A stretch of 63,008 nucleotides of DNA, counting the filler, from Aduncisulcus paluster (taxonomy: Eukaryota), in the NCBI GenBank assembly GCA_024181965.1. It is 15 parts of 15 records of this genome, joined end to end, with 100 filler letters (N's around TTAATTAATTAA, not from the genome) between each part and the next. Parts side by side here need not be neighbours in the genome. Positions count along the whole stretch, not along the records: positions 51,573 to 63,008 come from BQXS01009688.1; 14 more parts are not named here. The stretch is one strand, 5' to 3'. Below the pieces are notes generated by a model. The model made no database searches. It saw only the letters and a list, made by a program, of their open reading frames with translations, and was not told where the DNA came from. Positions 56,362-63,008 of the stretch are shown here, piece by piece. How positions within the stretch are numbered: position 1 is the first letter of the stretch; each line of letters begins with the position of its first letter. The position numbers and the translations under genes are program-made.

Positions 56362-59300
56362 TTATGATGAGTATTGGACGAACTCGCCATCAAAAAATGT
56401 CTCAACTCCACAGCTTGTTTTTTCAATAAAATCATATATGGATTGTCTCACAGATCTTTCTTCAGTAAAAGACACCTTGACAAGCTTCTTTTCAGGAGAG
56501 TTGAATTGGAGGATGGAGTTACGAACAATACGACGAGAAGGAAAAAAAGATTTACCTTGCGGTTCTTGTTCATTCCTCAAACAATCCAACTCATAATTAC
56601 ATGATCCAATAGACGAATAAACACATCGTACTTTCATTTCTTTTTGATTGATAATATTAAAATGAATAACACTGTTTTCTTTCTGAGGAACTGTTATCTC
56701 AAATTTCATCGCAAAACATATATGAGAAGCGTAAGAATATCCATCTTTCTCAGGGCATAATGATGTTTCAATTGAAGGAATTAATAATACTATTGGAACA
56801 GTGTGAAGGAGTTTCGAGAAATAGAGAGATCCATAGTAAGATAACATTGATATGCTCTGGGTAACAACTTTTTCATATTGTATTGGATAGAACTTCCATC
56901 TATTCTTACACCATGTCAGTTGAGAATCAAATTTGGAGGAAATTTGATCTTCAAGAATTGAAACAGATGATAATGTATCAACAAGTATAAACCAAGACTC
57001 AATCACACTCAAATCGGATTGGTCTTTCTTCAAAGCTTCAAACCAATCATCAAGAAGATCTTTGATATTATCATATACTTCAATGGCATGCAGATGATCA
57101 CAACATAGGTTGGAGAAAAAGGATAAAGCATTCTGATATACATGTCTCATCACAAACTTCAACTTTCCCTTAACAACATCAAGAACAGGGTGGAAGAGAG
57201 ACCATGCTTCAGAACAGAGGGATTTCTGGATCTCAGGGGATTTGTAAGTTGGAAGGGTAACTTTTTGGAGAACAAAAAGAAAGATTTTTTTGTGCTCACT
57301 ATCATTGTATATTTTCAACCAATCCCCGATATATGGTTTAATGAGAGTGAGAATAGAGGAACGAGTGGAAAAAGAGGCAGAAAAATAAGAGAAGTTCGTG
57401 AGAGTTATCAATAAATTTAGAGCGATATTGCCTCCCAACTTCTCCTTGCTTCCTCTCTCAAGAATACGTTTGAGAGTGGGGAAGATTTTAGGAAGGAAAG
57501 AAGCAAGTTTTTTATATCTTGCTCTGCCCGTGAACTCTGCACAAATCTGACAATACAATTGATCGACAGCTTCTCCCAATACTTCTTCAAACCTGGACAA
57601 ATGCTCAATGAAGGTGTCAATGAGCTCACATTGATCTGAATAAGGGAGATGGATTCTTTTCCTGGCATCAGAATGGTACGAGGATAGAAACAAATCTAAA
57701 CACTTAACGAATAGAATAATCTCTTGTTTGTGTTCTTCAATCAATATTCTTGAATGGAATTGAAGAAAAACGGAAAGAATCTCATCTCGATGTTCATGGT
57801 AGAGTTTTGATTTTGATTTAGAGTCAAGAAACTCAATATCATAAAAATATTCGAACAAACCTTTCAGGGAATGATAACAGTTGCTGAAGTATCTCACAAA
57901 ATTTTCATCCTTATGAGTACTTTTACAAAATTCCATATAATCATCATATTTGGGTGATAGATGAGGAATAAGAGATGGAACAGTGGATAACGTAGATATG
58001 AGTGTTGACCAAGAGCTGATTCCATGGTAATGAGCTTTCCTCTTCACAGCCACAAACCAACCATCAAGAAGTTCTTTGACATTATCATACACTTGAATTG
58101 AATGAAATTGATCACAACAAAGGATGGATAAAAGGGATAAAACATATTCATTTCTTTTATCAAATAGAATTCTATCCCCAATGAACTCTCTCTTAACAGC
58201 ATCAAAAATAATCTGGGCGAAAGGCCAAACCTCAGAACAAAGGAATTCACAATTCCTAGAGCGAGCCAACTTCTCAAAAATTATTACCCATTGTTGATAG
58301 CATTGGTAATCTTTGTAAATCTTCAACCACGCTTTTATATGTGACTTAACAGGTGTAAAAATACAAGAAACAAAAGAATATTGGTATGGAATGATGTTTA
58401 CAAGAGCCTTTAATAAGTATAAAGCAATATTTCCTCCAAGTTTTATCTTACTTCCTCTCTCAAAAATACGTTGGAAGGTCGGAAAGATCTTGTGAAGGAG
58501 CGCATTCATTTCATAATGAATGACATTGGTATATTCAATACAAATCTTACAATACTCTTCATCAACTTCTTCCAAATCTTTTTCCAATCTTGATAGACAA
58601 TCAATAAAAGTCTTGATAAGGTGATCAAGTTTAGAATCAGGCAGATGGATAACATTTCTTCCCCTATCATGTCTAACAAATAGTCTTAAACACCGGAAAC
58701 AATGCAAAATCCCCTCCTTGTGTTCTTCGATTTCACCTTTCGATTGATATTTAATGAGGAAAGAATACATCGCCTTAAAATGCTTATCGTAGAGTTCAGA
58801 CGTCGATTTTGAATCGGAAGAATGTTTAATAGCAGTAATAATATCACCAATTTTCTTAACAGAAAAGCAGGAGACAAAATATCTGGAATAATCTTCTTTC
58901 CAACCTCCATTATCTCTACACCATTCCATATGTGTATCATATTTAGGAGATATATGAGGAATAATACCTTGAACAGTGGAGAGTATGGAAATAAGTTTAG
59001 ACCAGTGTTTGACTCCGCAATGAGAATCTTTGAATTTCTCCGTCTTTTTCACCATCTCAAACCAAACATCGAGAAGACCATCTTTAATGCAATCATGAAT
59101 TTCAATAGCTTGGGAAGGAATACAACTCAAGTTACTAAAGAACATTAAACATGAAAAAACGGCTCTATCATCAAATGTAATACCTTTGGAAGCAATATCC
59201 TTAATCACATCCAAGACAGGGTGGAAGACAAACCAAAGTCGTGAAGAACGATCTTTATGAGGGTAATAACTATCCTTATCACAAGTGACATTCTTCAAGA

Positions 59301-59975
59301 TATTCACCCACAAGGAAAAGAACTCTTCTCAGGATATTTTTTTATCCAATGTAAGATGTGAGGGAGGAAAAGAGATAATAGAGAATCTTTGGTGGGGTTA
59401 TGTTTAGTTAATGCAATGTTTCTGCATGTTTGTAGGAGATCTTCAATGAATGAATCTTCAAATTTCTTGGAACGACCAAGAGATATCAATTTGGAGAGAA
59501 GTGAAGAGATTTGAGGGAACAGAGAAAAACCAAGGGATTTACAATGAAGTGTAGAGAGATTTATAATCCTTAATAATCTAATCGTTGTAGTGCTTACTCC
59601 AACTTTATCAATTCCCCTTTCTTTTGTTTCTTTCACTCTCAAAATATCCTCAACTTGGATCATTGAAGGTAAAAAAGAGTGAATAAGGGTATTTATGGAA
59701 GAACGATCGAGAATAATTTCGATATCATCTCCTTCTAGAATCCCATATTCTTTTGTTACTTTATGCCTTAAAAACAAGGACAAACATTCGAAACAAAGCT
59801 CAAAAAGATCCATATTTGATGTGATAATAGAGGGTGAAGAAGTGAATTCATCAAAGATAGCCTTGAGGCGAGGAGATGATTCTTTGAAAAGGGATTTAAT
59901 GGCAGATCGAGAAGAACACTGCTTGATTGATTCAATCAGGGTCTCAACTTCTTCCATAATATCTTCAATAGTCAT
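56362..59975 (-). CDS. Large ARM/HEAT-like repeat protein (expanded family) split by a 1-nt frameshift at ~59325
   Basis: Two overlapping ORFs; ~320-aa internal repeats with FHPVLDV, LLD.WF and SPKYD..M..C. Confidence 0.8.
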
Positions 59976-60582
59976 GGATGAAAACTTTATCAGCTATGTA
60001 GTATGGTTATTCAAATGCCCCTAAAAATGCACTAACATACTTTAAAATGCCGAAGCCAATAAAAATAATGTATTAGGTGTAACAAAAATGATGTCGATTT
60101 TTGGATGATCCAAATTCGTTGTATTCTCTTCCAGTTGTCGGCAAATTTCAAATTATTCCATCATCAAGTAATAATTTATTAGAGAATATAAATTCATTAT
60201 TTCAAAAATATTCTCAAATTCCGATATAGACAGGCCCTGTCTGGCTGAGCCATTTTCGATATCCCCAAGTTAGAACATGATTATATCGAAATAATCCCAA
60301 AGATGATAGCAGAAGAACGTTAGTTTCTATTAATATTGGGAGGGCTCTCCTTCAAAAAGAGTGAATGTAGCCAGTAAGAATTCAATCTACCGGTTGAAAT
60401 CGAAATAATTTGCCGGTTCATCCCCATTTCTGTATATGGGTTTTCAGCATAATTACACAAAAAATAAAATCAATTTTTTTATTATTTATTATCAATATAA
60501 TTTAAAAATCCATGATTATTTGTTTTTTTCAGAGACATGATCCAGTTGAAATATTTTCCCTTTTTCTTCGACAATAGAAATC

Positions 60583-61593
60583 ATGTATGAGTGGTCAGGT
60601 CATGATCCAGTCGCAGAAGCATTAAAATCTGGCGAGATATTTGAATTTCGATCAATTTTGCCCCCCTCAAAATATCCTTCATCTGGATATTCTCAGGGTT
60701 CAACAGAGCATTCAGATCCACGAATTAGTGGTGATATAGATACACCTTATTCATCCACTTCTCGAAATTATATCGAACAACCCCGGAGTCAGCCGGGGCC
60801 GCCTGTTGATCATGATGACGATGTTCGCCGATGTCTTCGACCATCGCAATCTTCTCCACCAGATAATAGCTTTGATCGATCATCTCAGATTGAGAAACGC
60901 TCTGATCTTTCTTCTCCTTGCCACAGTGATTCTCGAAAAGATGCAATCCATTCTGAAAGCATTAAATCTCAGGTGCACCCGTCTAAACCTAACCCACGTA
61001 AAGGATCGAAATCTATTATTCACTTTTTGACAGAAAATATTGTCTTTTTTCTCGTTATGTGGAGGCTGATACCATCTGGGGTGCGTAGAGAGGTGAATTC
61101 CAAAGATTATTTTCAATCCGTTTATTCATTAGTTTGTCCTTTACCCACAGAGAACCCTATTACTGCAAGAAAACTCAGAAAATGTCGATATATTCACAAT
61201 AAGAAGGTCTGTCCAAAGAAAATGGGCAAAATGGTTGTATCCGTTTGTGATGTCATCGAAGAAGTCTGCAAGGAGTCCCATGTGGCCTCCTTTGAACTCA
61301 CTCCGCATTTTGCAAAAGCCTTTGTGGAAAGTGTTATCCTCAAACTCAAACCTCCCCATATTTCCCCAGATGCCTTCTCTTCAGACCATTTCCGGAAGAT
61401 TATAACTATTGTCCAACAATGGATTGGCCTTTGTTATTCAGAATCAAGGAAATTCATGATTAAGAGTGTGAAACAGCAAAGAGAATCAAGGGAATCCATG
61501 ATTAAGAGTGTGAAACAGCAAAGAGATATTGCAAAACAAGAGGAATCTACTACGATTAAAGCTCGCAAAGGATATCGAGATAGCCAATTGTAG
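60583..61593 (+). CDS. Hypothetical protein with a 42-bp tandem duplication near the C-terminus
   Basis: 336-aa ORF; ESRxxMIKSVKQQR occurs twice. Confidence 0.65.
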   Translation: MYEWSGHDPVAEALKSGEIFEFRSILPPSKYPSSGYSQGSTEHSDPRISGDIDTPYSSTSRNYIEQPRSQPGPPVDHDDDVRRCLRPSQSSPPDNSFDRSSQIEKRSDLSSPCHSDSRKDAIHSESIKSQVHPSKPNPRKGSKSIIHFLTENIVFFLVMWRLIPSGVRREVNSKDYFQSVYSLVCPLPTENPITARKLRKCRYIHNKKVCPKKMGKMVVSVCDVIEEVCKESHVASFELTPHFAKAFVESVILKLKPPHISPDAFSSDHFRKIITIVQQWIGLCYSESRKFMIKSVKQQRESRESMIKSVKQQRDIAKQEESTTIKARKGYRDSQL

Positions 61594-62172
61594 ATTCTTT
61601 TTGTAATTAATTAACTATACGATTTTTATTTTTGACTTAAGCACAAAATTGCTGAAGAAAAGCATGCTGGTTGCTTTGCAACACTTTAAAGATTTTTATT
61701 ACTATCTTTCAGTTGTTTCCGAAAAAAAAAGAGCTTTGGATACCTTTGTTTCATTTGTTTTCTTCTTCCATGAGTTGAAGAAACAAGTGTCAAAGTCCAA
61801 ACTCCACCTAATTCGAAATACAATCTTTAGAAAGATATATACTCACCCGTTTCAATTTATTTTATAAAATTAGATTGATAATTTTACATCTTCTGCTTGT
61901 GACGTGTCAGTGACACGATTTTTTCGAATCACCTGCAAGAGAAGATCGACTCGATCATCGAGTATCAAAATCGAAAAAAAAATATAATAAAATCACTAAA
62001 CAAAACATTGAGAAACTCCAATATTGGGAGATATATAACAATATGCGACTTACAATGCATTTACCACCATAAATGTCTGATTATGAAGGGTTGAACAGTA
62101 ACATGGTGCTTTCGAAGGTTCAACTCTACATCCATGAATAGGGGGATATATTGAGATGATAGAATAAACAAA

Positions 62173-63008
62173 TCACGCCTGACTATCAAAGTCAAGTCCA
62201 CTCGATGGTAGTCTTAATCCTCTATAATCCCCAAAGTCATCCACACAGCCCTTATCTCCCTCATATCTCTTCAACTGTCTCTTTATGATGCTATCTATCG
62301 TTGGGCATTCCCACCCTTCTCCAAGCCTTGGAAGTAACTGTGCGATAGATTCAACTTTCATCCGTGCATCATTCACGCTGAGTCTATCGCCAGCATCGTA
62401 TTCAATGAACCCATCATACACTTCTTTGAGACAACTGTAGATCTCATCTCCATGAGGCATCTCTTTCAGCTTTCTGAATAGGGGACACCATTCTATCTTT
62501 GGGAAATCACGATTATGCATCATCTCAAGCATTTTCTGGATCACTCCGGCATTATCCACGGTGCCATCTGGATGGAAAAACTCATCGAATGCTCGATTAC
62601 TCAGGAATGGGGCATGACCACTAAATGCTGCATACATTGACATTCCAAGAGCATAAGCATCGCTGTCCTTCGAATGATTACCAAATAAAGCTTCAGGGGA
62701 GTTATACGCATAAGTTCCGCAGATAACTTTCCGATCTTCTTTTTGTATCGTCTTGCTACTTTTTGACGAAGAAACAACTGAGCCAGAGGATATAACGCTC
62801 GAAACAGAGAACGATAACGAGTCCTTTGAAGAGGAAATGGAGTCTGAGATTTGAGCAAGCCCAAGATCTCCAAGGATAAGTCCACATCTACCGGTGTCAG
62901 GATCTACTCTTACAAGGTAATTGTCAGGTTTAATATCTCGATGAATGAACGTTGGCATATTTTGTAACACCTCATCGAGGCAAATGATCATCTCAACACA
63001 TATTGAGC
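62173..63008 (-). CDS. Ser/Thr protein kinase (expanded family), 5' partial
   Basis: HRDIKPDN, GDLGLA, GTYAYNSPE and SDAYALG. Confidence 0.92.
   Translation of the reverse strand, partial: SICVEMIICLDEVLQNMPTFIHRDIKPDNYLVRVDPDTGRCGLILGDLGLAQISDSISSSKDSLSFSVSSVISSGSVVSSSKSSKTIQKEDRKVICGTYAYNSPEALFGNHSKDSDAYALGMSMYAAFSGHAPFLSNRAFDEFFHPDGTVDNAGVIQKMLEMMHNRDFPKIEWCPLFRKLKEMPHGDEIYSCLKEVYDGFIEYDAGDRLSVNDARMKVESIAQLLPRLGEGWECPTIDSIIKRQLKRYEGDKGCVDDFGDYRGLRLPSSGLDFDSQA

Noticed and set aside
60228-61963. Isolated 7-1-7 palindromes (AGACAGGCCCTGTCT, CGTGTCAGTGACACG, ACTCGATCATCGAGT)
   Set aside because: Unrelated sequences; a few such palindromes are expected by chance in 63 kb.

Overview
This is not one continuous locus. 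It is about 15 eukaryotic draft contigs joined by artificial 100-nt linkers (N44-TTAATTAATTAA-N44), so gene context is only meaningful within a contig. The DNA is AT-rich, uses the standard code and has short GT-AG introns. SAS-6 indicates a flagellated protist. The expanded kinase, helical-repeat and duplicated-domain families resemble, from memory and unverified, those of the fornicate Aduncisulcus paluster. Host genes include RPB8, RPS19, SAS-6, an arrestin-fold protein, an LRR protein, a metallophosphoesterase, an alpha2delta/CACHD1-like protein, tRNA-Asp and the 3' end of the LSU rRNA. Several small contigs are Ty3/gypsy retrotransposon pieces. The most unusual region is 9135-16018. It is a mosaic of short TE-enzyme fragments, all on the minus strand: Helitron helicase, a possible tyrosine recombinase, two CACTA/Plavaka-like transposases, IS630/Tc1 and two Fanzor1-like nuclease pieces. 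A putative LTR containing a tRNA-derived Pol III promoter adjoins it. Other leads are a 5'-truncated 5S rRNA fused to a kinase 3' end, a hairpin-rich dispersed repeat, and two candidate structured RNAs. All family calls are by-eye motif recognition; no search was run.
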